Source of the DNA: an uncultured Pseudomonadota bacterium
Lineage (GTDB): Bacteria; Pseudomonadota; Gammaproteobacteria; Burkholderiales; Eutrophovitaceae
Length of the DNA: 62,840 bases
Reading direction: 5' to 3'
Assembly: GCA_937983055.1 (NCBI GenBank)
Contig: CALJLA010000023.1
Location: forward strand, 1-62,840
Of this stretch, positions 9,208 through 19,626 are shown piece by piece. The notes beneath the pieces were generated by a model. That model saw only the letters and a list, made by a program, of their open reading frames with translations, did not search any database and was not told the DNA's origin. The position numbers and the translations under genes were made by a program. The first letter of the stretch is position 1, and the number at the start of each line of letters is the position of its first letter.

Positions 9208-12200
9208 GGCGCCTCCGATGTCTTGTCGCGTTCGATGCAGACGAACGGGCCGCCGTGGATTGGGCAGTGAGACCACTTTACCGATCCCAGGTCGTTCAGG
9301 ACGCAGCCGCATTCGTATGCGCGTTGTTCCGTCGCTTTTGGCTGATCTTCCTCGGGAAAGACCGCCTTCCGGTGTGCCCCCTCCAACATGATCTCCTCGC
9401 TAACTGCGTCGATGATGGCACTGACGACGTCGATCGCTCGAGCCCTACCGAGAGTGCCGCTCTCTACGTAGTCGAACAGTGCCGCCGAAGCCTCGAGCGC
9501 TTTCTGGCTATAGTTCTCTTCCATCATGTGCGCTCCGTTGTCTTGTCGCGTTCGAGCTCTTCTCAAACGACTTCAATACGGCCGCTGCGGGCCGCGCGCA
9601 GGAGTCTCTCAAAGACTTCTTCCGCCAGTCGCATCGTGTATCTTTCGGTCCCCCAATCGAGCGCAACGACCTTGCAGCCCCACTCATCCGGCATGACCTC
9701 GAGTCGCAGCGGTGGCGCCTTAAGCTCGTCCGGCTCCACACCCTCGCGCGCCGCATCAATGATGGCGGTGACAACACCAAGCGAGCCTCGAGCTCCGGGG
9801 TCTGCGATGTAGTCACGAAGCTTCGCGGCTGCCTCGTATCTCTTTGTGCTGTGTTCTTTAGGCATCAATCCCACCATCCTCGAAACTGGTACTTGCGCGG
9901 AGCGTTCTCAGGATCTCGCTTCGCGAGCCGGCGCATTTTTCGGTGTGAGAGCATTCGAGCGTAGCGCTTGCTGCCCGGCTTCAAGGCCATCTTGCTCCAG
10001 CTCCTCCCGACTTGTTCGCCAACGTGGGTCTTTCTCATCGAACGCGCTTCCTTACCCTGGTTGACGTTCGCTGCTGTCCGCCCCCAGCGCTGCACGGGCT
10101 CGGCAAGTCGGGCACTCACAATCTTCGCGATGAACATACGAATGGCTGATCGCGTCACGGATTCCTCGCAACGCTCCCTCTAACTCCTTGACGCGAGCGC
10201 GGAGCTCGTCCCGCTCGCGCCTGACCTGCTTCAGCTCTTGGATCAGTTCGTCGACTGGGTCGCTCACTTGCTTGCTCCCAAGGCCTTATTCGAGTTCTCC
10301 TTCAGGCGCCGCTTCGCCTCCGCCCCAAGACTTGCCACCTCCTTCGCCGTCGGCAGCAGTCCCGCGAGCTCGAGAACCGGCAGGAGTGCCCAGCCAGCTT
10401 GGGTCAGTCGCGCGTACCGCCCCTTCCTTTGATCTACCAGCCCTCGGCGCTCCAGTGCATCTGTGCTCGACGTTGAATGCGGGTGCCCGTACAGCAGAGC
10501 GTAGACCTCGTCACTCCACGGTGCTTCGTTGACTTCGAGCGCAGCGTATACCGCGAGAACGTCGATCATTGGTTTCGAGAGCGTTAGCGAGAATGCCGCG
10601 CTCGTCACATGCTCAGCGAAACGGTTCTTGGCCTTTCCCATTCACTCCTCCTGCTGCGATTGCTCAGCGCGTTCGACGTCGGGCAGCCGTGGCCAGTTGG
10701 CCTCGTTAAGAAGGACTCTGGCCGCGATGACGTGTTCCTCTCGCTCGCCTCGACCGCAGACGTGCCTGCCCTCACACTCACATTCGTTCAACGAGAGCCA
10801 CCTGTCGACGTCATCTGCCAAGGCCGCCAGTGAATCGAACGTCTTGATTCTCTCGTTGCGCAGCTCAGTGATTTCGAGAAGGATCTGCCTCGCGCCGCTC
10901 CCGCCAAGAGCGAAGAGCGCCCCGCCGTAGGCAACCGCTTGCAGTTGCTCTTCGAGTTTCTCTGAGATATGTGCGCTCATTCCGCCTGCGCCTCCCTCTC
11001 GCGTTCGATCTTGTTGAGCCGCTTGAGCGCGGCGTAGCCCTTGTCGGTGACCTCTACGAGGCCGGCGCCCTCGTCGTCCCTCCCGTGGAAGCGGGCGCAC
11101 CCCGACAAGATCAGTAGCCCGAGCCCCGGCGCTTCGTCGAACGGATAGCCGTCGGCGATCCTCTGGAGCGTTTCCATCGCGATTCGCTCGCGGCGGATCA
11201 GGGATCGGAATCCGCGGTGTTTCATGACCAGTCCGCCTCGTCCTGCATCTGGCAGTCTTTGCAGCAGTACGGCCAGCCGCGTTTCGGATTCTCGATCTTG
11301 CTGTAGCACACCGCGCACTCTGCCGCGTCAGCGCAATCGCTGTCACACCATCGACCTTCGATGTTGTCCTCCTCGTGAAGCTCGACGCCGCACACCTCAC
11401 ACGTCACGGCTTTCCTCCTTCTGCGCTTTCGAATCGCAGTTGTTTGGCAGCGGCCCGCCCGTGCCGTGGCGGTCCCCCGCTCTCGTCTCGAGTAGAGACT
11501 CGAGACTCTGACGGCACGCAAAGGCCATGATCGAGTACAGATGGGCGCGCTCGACAATCTCGATTTCGTCCCACATGAAGGATAGATCATCGGACGCCTC
11601 GCATTGATCGGACATCCAGCGCTCCCAGCCGACGAAGTCCGCGTAGGGGCCGTGTTCCGGGACGTTCAGCGCGGCTTCGTGTGACCACGGATACGGGATG
11701 TCGTCGAATCCGGCCTCCCGTAACACGGCAAGCGTTTCGTCCATGGGAGGGCGCGTATCGGGCTTACTACTCACGATCTTCCGCCGCTCCGACCAGCGCT
11801 CGGCCTGCGGCCGTGGCGTGGTAGAACTGGTACTCCGAGTCCGTGTACCGGCGGCCCTTTTCGATGAGCCCGTCTTGGACCATCGCGAGAAGCAACTCGT
11901 CATCGGGAGACCCGATGTGCGCGCAGAAGTAGTTTCGGTACGGCTTCTTGCCGCGGCTCATCCCGAGCATGTGTCGCAGGACATCCTTCCGTCGGTATTC
12001 TTCAGTCGCCTTGTCCATCGCTTTCCTCCGCCTGCGCCTTCGAATCGCATTCGAGCTCGAACTGGCGCACGATCGCCTTCGCCAAACGATACAAGCCGTA
12101 GCCGTGTAGCGTGCCGGACGGGCTGCCGTCCGAGTTCTCGATCCAAAGATACGTATCCCGCCCCTGCAACCAGCCTTGAAGCCAGCCACCAGACGCACTG

Positions 12201-13265
12201 CCGTTTTCCAGCTCTCGCCGCGCAATCGGTCTCGGCTTACACTTCACGACCTTCCTCCGCACGCGAGCCCTCGTCGCCGTCGATTCGGCGCCAGTGAGTC
12301 GGAGTGTAGTAGACGTACATCGACGAATCGGGGAAGAACCACAGGTTGCCTTGACGTTTAAGTGGCCCTTTATTTCGCACGCTTCCGTTCGAGTCGATCT
12401 TCGTGTCGACCACCTCTCCGTCTGGTGGCAGCGACTGACGAATCGGCACCCAGTCGTGCTCCCTACTCATGACTCCCCTCCCTCCGCGATCTCCCCTCGC
12501 GTGCGAACTCGAGCTTGAACCGCAGGCGCACGATCTGGACAGCGAAGTCCGCGAGCTCGTCGACTAACTTCTCCTTGTCGAGCAGGCCTTCGGGGCAAAT
12601 CCTGCAAGCGATATCGTCCGCTATACTTCCTCGAAAATACTCAGCTCTCGCGTCGGCGTTACAGCTCGGACATGGCTCGTCTCCGCCGGAGTGGAGTGGG
12701 CCGCCGGGCTCGTGGCAGGAATCGAGATCCCACAGGTAGCCGTCGATGCACGTTCCGTCGTCGTAGGTCGCTCCAAAGTGTCGCCCCTGATATCCACATC
12801 CAGCCATTTAACTCACGTCCTCCGCCTGCGACCCTCCATCGCGTTCGAAGCCGGGAGCCGGCTTGTCGCTCAGCGAGCACTCGTTCTCGCGCTCCCATGT
12901 TGGGCTGCGCCGCCCCACGAATTCACCTTCCTGGGTTGTCTCGATCGGATCCTCCGTGCAGTGCGCGAAAAAACGGCCGGTCAGCCGGTCAACGAAGATT
13001 TGCCGCCCGCACGACGGGCACTTCTCCTGCGGTGTTCGAGTCGGCGCCTTCATGCCTCCGCGGCGCCCTTATCCCGGTGGACGGTCAGCACGAGGTGCCA
13101 GTCCGCATCCGCGTTTGCCGGCGACGAGACGTACTCGAGGTACGACTTGCGAAGTCGCTCGACGGCGACGTCGAACGCGGCCTCGTCGCCGCCTTGGACT
13201 CGGCGACAGTTCGGCGTGATGTTGCAGTGCTCGGTCTGAATTCCGGGTACTTTCGTAGCTGCCAT

Positions 13266-13490
13266 CTAACTCACTTTCTCCTGACGTGACCTTCGCTCGC
13301 GTTCGATTTCGCGCTCGACGTACCACGCCGCCTTGCGCAGATCCTCCACCCGGTCACCCTTCAGCCCGGCTCGCCACAGGTACTTGATCGCGTTGCCGAC
13401 GTTGAAGGGGAAATGCTCGACCACGTCGATGCACTCGACCCCGCTCGGGTGCTCGTTGTAGTGCTTGGGGTGATCGACCGAATCGCTCAT
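13266..13490 (-). CDS. DUF3310 (SaV-like) protein
   Basis: DSVDHPKHY...VECID...GNAIKYLWRAGLKG...EDLRKAAWY motif. Confidence 0.9.
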   Translation of the reverse strand: MSDSVDHPKHYNEHPSGVECIDVVEHFPFNVGNAIKYLWRAGLKGDRVEDLRKAAWYVEREIERERRSRQEKVS

Positions 13491-14194
13491 TCGTCGAGCC
13501 CCTCAGCGAACAGAGCCCACGTTCGAGGAAACTCCTCTTCGATTAACGATCCGACAGCGTTCGCGTACTGGCGAATCTCCCACTGTGCATGCGGGTGCAT
13601 TCGAAGAGTGAGGAACGCGAGCCAGTTGCGAAGGTTGGCCGACGCGCGCATTCGTGAGTAGCGACCGACCGGCAGCACGCAGCGGGCCAGTTCCTTCGGA
13701 ACCCCAGCTTCGAGAGAGCTTTCATATGCCTTCTGCTGGGCGTCGTACTGCACGCGAAGAAGGCCCCGGAAAGCCTCTGCTCGGCTTGGGGTCAAGACGT
13801 CAGCATCCTTGATCGTCCCTGCCTGCTTCGTCGACTTGCCCGCGTTGATCAGTATCCGCTCAGCCGTCGGAACGTAATTGACGTCGGGGAGTGGAATGTA
13901 ACGCGCCGACATCTCGTTGTAGCTCTGCGTCCGATGACGATGCCACTCGCGGAACACGAAGATCGGGGCCTGAATCTCCACCGTCATTCCCGCCATCTCG
14001 AACGGCGTCGCGTGCTTGTTCTTCCAGAGGTATCGAAGCAACTTCTCGTCGCCAGGGGCGTCAGGTGTCCCCCAGCCACGAAACCCTCCGTCTGTAGACA
14101 TGCGCGCGGCCTCGATGATTCGCTCGTCGGAGCCCCACGACTCGACAAACCGCAGATAACCATGGTCGAGAACCTTGATTTCCCTACTGCTCAC
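13487..14194 (-). CDS. thyX: FAD-dependent thymidylate synthase
   Basis: HATPFE, RHRTQSYNEMSARY (ThyX motif), ELARCVLP, AQWEIR. Confidence 0.95.
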   Translation of the reverse strand: MSSREIKVLDHGYLRFVESWGSDERIIEAARMSTDGGFRGWGTPDAPGDEKLLRYLWKNKHATPFEMAGMTVEIQAPIFVFREWHRHRTQSYNEMSARYIPLPDVNYVPTAERILINAGKSTKQAGTIKDADVLTPSRAEAFRGLLRVQYDAQQKAYESSLEAGVPKELARCVLPVGRYSRMRASANLRNWLAFLTLRMHPHAQWEIRQYANAVGSLIEEEFPRTWALFAEGLDE

Positions 14195-15261
14195 TGACAC
14201 CCTCCTTCTGCGACTTCGCCTCACGTTCGATCACGGTTCGCCCTGATTCCTCGCGTTCTCTATGGCCGCAATGAGGTCAAGAGAGTGTGCGCGCAGGAGG
14301 ATTTCGCACCCGGATTGACGTCGAACCCTGATGGGAACCCAGCCGTCTCCGTCGGCCCCACCAATCTCCAAGTCACAAGACACTTCGTCGTCTCCGACCT
14401 CGACTGCATCAACCAGACTGGACACCTTGATCACCTCTTCGCCCTCCTTTCGTTCTTCGATTGCGACGTTCGATTGCGTTCGATCACCCAACTTCGAAGG
14501 CCGACTCGAAGGCGGCCAAGTACTCGTCCGACGGCTCTGCGAATCGCACGTAGCGGAGATCAACCGGAGTCGGCCCGCTGCGTCCGCCAGCATGAATCGT
14601 CGAGAACACCGCAAACGGTCTCTCGATGTGGACAATCCGCACAGGCACGCCGAGATCTAACGGGCACTTTTCGTCCACGACCTCCTCGATAGGTATGACG
14701 ATCTGCCCAACCCGCAGATCGCTGTCACTAAGCGCCTTCACCGTCTTGCTCCACTTCGCGTCGAGCCGTTCTCTTCCCCGATTCGCTACTCTCGTGGTCC
14801 GTGTTGTGGTCGAGCAAGGCTGACGAGTAGAGGCCATCCTCGACGATGTCCGCCTGCTCCGGGCTCTCATCGCGGAGCGTCTCGATCGCAGAGCGAACAT
14901 CGGCCTCGTCGACAATTGCAGACAGCAGTCTGGCGTAGGCGACCCACGCCGCGAGTGCTTGTCTTGTCGGTGTGTCTTCATTTAGATTCATCCGTACTTC
15001 CTCCTGTGGTTTCCAGTCGCGCTCGATCACGACCTCGAAAGCAGAGCGACGAGCCCGACACACGCCGTCGCAAGCAAGATCACGGCAGCGGTGAGGCCGG
15101 CAACGAGCCAGAGCACGGCCAGCGGAACGACGACACTCCTCGGCTCTCGCTTCTGCTCTCTCGGCGGTGTGTAGGGGTCGCTGCTCATTGCTCTTAAATG
15201 CCCCGCCCCAAGTCGTAGTGGAGTTGGGGGAGAAGACACAGGGGCGGGGCAGGGCACAGTG

Positions 15262-16482
15262 TCAGTTCTGATACTCGTACCAGGGATCGATTTCATACCG
15301 AATCTCGACGCCTTCTTTCCACTGAAGGTCCGGACTGTTGGTCAGCTTTCTCCAGTATCCGATGGAGTCGAGGATCCTGATCTCGAAAATCCTCCAGTCC
15401 TCGCACTCGTCGATTCCGACGCCCAAACCCGCGTAGTAATCGGCCATAGCTTGGGCCAGAGGCGGGTCGATGCTGGGGTCGGCACCGGGCGTTGTGTCCA
15501 TATCGACCGCGCCTACTTGCTGGTAGATGAGGTCGACCCCCGTCAACTCTTGGCCCGTGCCGTTGTTGGTAACAACACACGGATCGCCGCCCTGGCTGTA
15601 GCTTAAGGTGTAGATCGTCGGCGGGAAAAGCCCGGTAGTGATCTTCGTCCGTTCGGCCGAACTCGTCGAGGTCGCGGGCCCGATCTCGATCTCGACCGTT
15701 GCCGTCCCAGCGTCGTAGACGACCTCGGCATCGCCCGACAGGCAGTCTCCGTCATGGTCAAGGCAGGGCGCGTCTAAGGTGAATTTGCTATAGGCATCGG
15801 CCAGCAGGCGAATTGCCAGGGCACCCCCAGCAATCTTTGCGTAGGTGAACCCGTGCTGGTCGTCGATCAAGAAGTAGACGTCGGCGATGTTGCAGCTGTC
15901 CAGGTGGCCGTTCGGAAGCTGCTCGTCCGGACACTGCTCCTTATTCGCAAGGTCGATCGTTACGCCGTAGCGCTCCGTCGCCTGGTTGTAAGTAAAGAAG
16001 TCGGTGGCCTCGGGATCCGACCACTCGGTCACCGGCAGCGACGGATCATTGCAGATGCGACGCGTGACCGAGCTCTCCGGCAAGATCGGAAGGTTCCAGC
16101 ACCAGCCAGTACCACACGGCGGCACGCCCTCGGGGACCGACGCACAGGGATCGAGACCGTCCGGCGACGGATCGTGTCCGTAATCGGGAAAGGGCGGCAG
16201 CGGCGGCGGGCCTCCGAGCGTTAGATAGCTGAATACCCACGTCGCGTCGCTGAGGTCAATCTGCTGATCGTCGTTTGCGTCCGATGCATCGCAAGATGTC
16301 GGGGTGCTTGGGCCTCCGGTCAGGTAGTCGATTATCGACTGTCCGTCGCTGATATCGACCACCCCGCTGCCATTTGCATCTCCACGTATAAAGCTGCTTT
16401 CGATCCGAAGGTCGCAATCGGAAACGGACTGGGCCCTCAGAAGCGAAGCGCTCAGGAAGAAAATCACGATCAATCGACGCAT
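15262..16482 (-). CDS. Secreted protein with a dockerin/EF-hand-like domain of planctomycete type
   Basis: Signal peptide MRRLIVIFFLSASLLRA after AAGGAGG, then FIRGDANGSGVVDISD...DASDANDDQQIDLSDA...GGPPPLPPFP...GHDPSPDGL. Confidence 0.8.
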   Translation of the reverse strand: MRRLIVIFFLSASLLRAQSVSDCDLRIESSFIRGDANGSGVVDISDGQSIIDYLTGGPSTPTSCDASDANDDQQIDLSDATWVFSYLTLGGPPPLPPFPDYGHDPSPDGLDPCASVPEGVPPCGTGWCWNLPILPESSVTRRICNDPSLPVTEWSDPEATDFFTYNQATERYGVTIDLANKEQCPDEQLPNGHLDSCNIADVYFLIDDQHGFTYAKIAGGALAIRLLADAYSKFTLDAPCLDHDGDCLSGDAEVVYDAGTATVEIEIGPATSTSSAERTKITTGLFPPTIYTLSYSQGGDPCVVTNNGTGQELTGVDLIYQQVGAVDMDTTPGADPSIDPPLAQAMADYYAGLGVGIDECEDWRIFEIRILDSIGYWRKLTNSPDLQWKEGVEIRYEIDPWYEYQN

Positions 16483-16501
16483 CGTACCTCCTTGAAATAA
16501 T

Positions 16502-16614
16502 GGGAGGAGGGCAAAGGGGATCTCCCCTCCTCCCGACGGGAGAGCCCGAGACCTTCCCGGGCGTCTCTGCGCAAACAAATTAAATGGGGAGGAGGCGGTT
16601 GGGACCCCCTCCCC
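16502..16614 (-). terminator. Two related GC-rich hairpins between sak and the dockerin gene (terminator/attenuator-like)
   Basis: GGGAGGAGGG/CCCTCCTCCC (16502-16534) and GGGGAGG/CCTCCCC (16586-16614), each followed by an A/T tract on the minus strand. Confidence 0.5.
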
Positions 16615-16664
16615 TTCTCGAGACGCACCCGACTACGAGTCGGGCCGGACCTGGAGAATGGTGG

Positions 16665-17552
16665 TCATGCTGATTTCTGGCCTTTCTCCGCCTTTGCCTG
16701 GGAGATGATCTCCGATAGATCGTCATCGCTCATGAGCGAGTTGAACTGAATCCCAAGCTTGTTCGCCTCTCTCTCCAAGAGATCTCGAAGCGTTAGGTCG
16801 GGATGGTCATCGGGCAGCGCCCCCGCGTCCATCACCCCTCTCCCATCGGCCTGCTGAACAAGATAGCGGACAAGCCTCGGGTTTGGCTTCGGGAGACACC
16901 AGTACTTGCGATCACCCCAGAAGAGAGCCCCAAGGCCCCGCTTGTTCTCTTGGAGCCACTTGTTAGCTTCCGAGCTGAACGGAATATTGTACCAGAAGCG
17001 GTGCGTTGTTCTCGGGAAGTCGCTATTGTATCCGCCCCCCTTCGACGAACCTCCGCCCTGTGGCGGGGCCTCCCCCTCGACATTTGTTTGCTCTTTGTCG
17101 TAAAGGGCGAGGCCGAACGGGTAGCCGAAAGTCATCAAGGCTCGCTTCATCGCGTCGGACTCCGCCTCCTTGATCGCCGACTCGTGAGCCTCCCCTTTCT
17201 TATCGACGTACTTCGACTTGCCATGGCCGACGCCATGGCCATCGCGAGAAACCCAGGTGTCCCCAGCCATGACTGTTATCGTGCATTTCGCGCGATAGGT
17301 CACAAGGTAGCCGCTGTCTGAGCCCATCTCACAGGCAATCTCGGTCTCTACCGATCGAGTCCAGCCATCGAATCCGAAGATCCGATTCGCTTCATCGATC
17401 GCGTGCCATGCCTCGATGTATGAAAGAGGTCGCCCCCCAGGCCCCTCCCGAGTCTTGACGTTCGAGCGGTCGAGCTTTGCCGACAGAAGCCTGACCTGCT
17501 CATCCGTAAAGCCATTAGGGGGATCTCGCTGCTCTTGGTCTCCCTCGATCAT
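16665..17552 (-). CDS. Rad52/Rad22-family single-strand annealing protein (Sak-like)
   Basis: REGPGGRPLSYIE...ANRIFGFDGW and AIKEAESDAMKRALMTFG..FGLALYDK motifs. Confidence 0.92.
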   Translation of the reverse strand: MIEGDQEQRDPPNGFTDEQVRLLSAKLDRSNVKTREGPGGRPLSYIEAWHAIDEANRIFGFDGWTRSVETEIACEMGSDSGYLVTYRAKCTITVMAGDTWVSRDGHGVGHGKSKYVDKKGEAHESAIKEAESDAMKRALMTFGYPFGLALYDKEQTNVEGEAPPQGGGSSKGGGYNSDFPRTTHRFWYNIPFSSEANKWLQENKRGLGALFWGDRKYWCLPKPNPRLVRYLVQQADGRGVMDAGALPDDHPDLTLRDLLEREANKLGIQFNSLMSDDDLSEIISQAKAEKGQKSA

Positions 17553-17764
17553 TACTGCGAGGCCTCGTCGACTTCGGATTCAGCTTGAGCATCTCCGACC
17601 ACTCTCGCAATAAGTGCTGCTCGAAGGGCGGAGGCGCCAGGGCCGGTCAAACAGCTCTTGAGCTGGCGCTCGTTCAGGAGGCCTCTTTCGAAAGCCTTGA
17701 TCGTATTCTGGATCTCCAAAAGATCCTGCTCTTTGTCTCGTCGAGGCGCCTTGTTCTCACTCAT
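17552..17764 (-). CDS. Hypothetical protein
   Basis: 70-aa ORF with AAGGAGG SD, coupled to the sak gene. Confidence 0.6.
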   Translation of the reverse strand: MSENKAPRRDKEQDLLEIQNTIKAFERGLLNERQLKSCLTGPGASALRAALIARVVGDAQAESEVDEASQ

Positions 17765-17874
17765 CGAAAACCTCCTTGTAGTGGGTAGGGGGCCCGCGCA
17801 GGCTCATTGTTTAGGTCTAAGTATCAGCTTGGAAAAGAAGGCAGGGTTCGTGGCGCGGGCCCATTTGGAAGGCG

Positions 17875-17908
17875 AAAAAGAGCCGGGCGTCCTCTCCCTG
17901 TGCCCGGC
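17875..17908 (-). terminator. Intrinsic terminator
   Basis: GCCGGGC/GCCCGGC stem followed by TCTTTTT on the minus strand. Confidence 0.6.
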
Positions 17909-17978
17909 AAGCTCGTCGTTCTCTTCACCAGACTCCTACCGAAGCCAACTTCCAAGGGCACGACGAGCTGGGGTTCTG

Positions 17979-18089
17979 TCAGCCAGCACCAAGCCAGAAA
18001 AGGGCAAGGATGCCGAGGCCTGTAGCAATGTAACCGAGAATTCCCCAGAAGGTCACTTCTTCCGGAGCAACATCAGGTATGTGCGGCAT
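17979..18089 (-). CDS. 36-aa single-pass membrane peptide (not in the ORF track)
   Basis: AGGAG SD then MPHIPDVAPEEVTFWGILGYIATGLGILALFWLGAG*. Confidence 0.55.
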   Translation of the reverse strand: MPHIPDVAPEEVTFWGILGYIATGLGILALFWLGAG

Positions 18090-18100
18090 CTCCTCGCTCC

Positions 18101-19538
18101 TCAAGCGTCAACGATCTCGTAGCCATTTCGTTCGGCGAGATCAGCGGCGAGCTTTTCGATCGCCTTAGCAGCAGCTTCGGGTTTTTGGTGCGGAGCTGCG
18201 AAGTAGGTTAGTTCACACGCCTCGTCGAGAGTCACTCCAAAGGCTTCAGAAAAAGCATATTCATTAATCATTGAAGTGGCCCCTTCTCTGAAGCGGATGA
18301 CTGGACTCCCATCCAAGACGGTCTCTATCTGAAGGTGGGGATGGACCGTTGTTGCCCACCCAGCAATACAGGCCACTGTTTTGCAGTGGACTATCTTTTT
18401 AGGGAGTCTTTTAAGGCGTCCGTCTGAATCCAGGCTGCATTCATTCTTCCACCCAAACCACGAGTTCATATCAAAGCTTTCCGGCTCGAGCTCGCGCACG
18501 ACCTCGGCGAGTTCGAGCAATCGATTAATGTCTGTGCGTACGTTGCGCTTCTTCTCGCTCATGCCAGCCACCTTTCACCAGTAACGCTTGTTCTTCATCT
18601 CCTCGCACGCCTTCTTGCAGATCTCGCCGTAGACATCGCCGAGTCCGTTTCCGACTCGATCAATGATCGCCTTGACCACCTTCTCAGCCACCTCTACGCG
18701 ACGCTTACTGAGCGCCTCAACCACCCCAGCAGCGATGTCGTTAACGATATCCGACGACTTGATCTCTTCGACGACTCGGTCGGTGATCGCGTTGTTGAGC
18801 GCGTAGGGAGTATCCGCTGTGATCCACTGATTGACGAGCCTGGCGGTCAACTTCTCGAGTTCTTCTTTGCTGATCTCGAGGTCGATGCTCTTGGTCTTGC
18901 TCACAGCCCTACCTCTCGCTGATAGTCGCGCAGTAGCTTGCCGATAACCGTGTCGAGGTGTATCGCAAGCAGTCGCTCTTCCTCGCCATCAAGCGCATCT
19001 CGGTGATTTTTCAGGCGCCTCATCGCAGCGGGAGTTCCGTAGGTTTTAAACTCCTCTGTGTCAACGGCGAAAAAGCTCCCACCTATCCGCGCCTCGACCT
19101 CTTCAATGACAAGCTTAAGATCTTCGAACGTTGCGTTCTCGCCGACGCTCGTGTCGTCCTCGGCATAAACGCCCGAGGCCTCGCAGTGGAAGACGAGCTC
19201 TTCCGTCTCGAGGACGATCGGGGTGGAGTATCGGGCGGTCATTGCTATAGCTCCACACGATCTACAATGGCCATGATCTCTTGAGAAGCCTTGTCGATCA
19301 AATCCTCCATGGCCTCAACCCTTTGCACCATCTCAGAAGTTGGAACAGGCTCTCGAGGGGGCTTATCCCCTTCTCCTGCGGTTTCCGGCCTGAGCACCGG
19401 GCCAAGGTGTTCGATCAATATCGCGATTGACTTTTCAAGCTGGCTGATTTTCTCAGCGGCAGCTTCCATGCTGCTCGTCAAGCGCCCAGGCTTGCGAGTC
19501 AAGGCAGCATCGAGGTCTGGGTTGTGAATGTCGCTCAT
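18101..19538 (-). other. Four hypothetical genes (18101-18571, 18575-18904, 18901-19242, 19245-19538)
   Basis: Abutting ORFs; the first starts at ATG 19538 after AAGGAGG, just downstream of the leftward promoter. Confidence 0.65.
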
Positions 19539-19575
19539 CTTCGCCTCCTTCGATTTCGCCCTTGCCATGTATGTG

Positions 19576-19604
19576 AAAGTATGCGATTCTATACCCTTCG
19601 TCAA
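19576..19604 (-). promoter_or_regulatory. Sigma70-type leftward promoter
   Basis: TTGACG-17 nt-TACTTT on the minus strand, in the divergent intergenic gap. Confidence 0.65.
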
Positions 19605-19626
19605 GGGGAAATTCGGAAAGGTTTCA

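Larger units (their letters stand above)
9227..15026 (-). repeat. Dispersed start-associated junction motif TCGAACGCGA-N7-TCGCAG-NN-GGAGG (about 12 copies)
   Basis: First box at plus-strand 9227, 9547, 10668, 11000, 12046, 12275, 12498, 12840, 13298, 14222, 14465 and 15018, usually exactly 16 nt before the SD. Confidence 0.8.
9204..15188 (-). other. Array of about 20 short, tightly packed leftward genes, mostly hypothetical and several Cys-rich
   Basis: Abutting 55-125-aa ORFs (e.g. 9563-9877, 10052-10267, 10264-10641, 12237-12470, 12463-12807, 12808-13053, 13050-13265, 14728-14991, 15027-15188) with GGAGG-type SDs. Confidence 0.7.
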
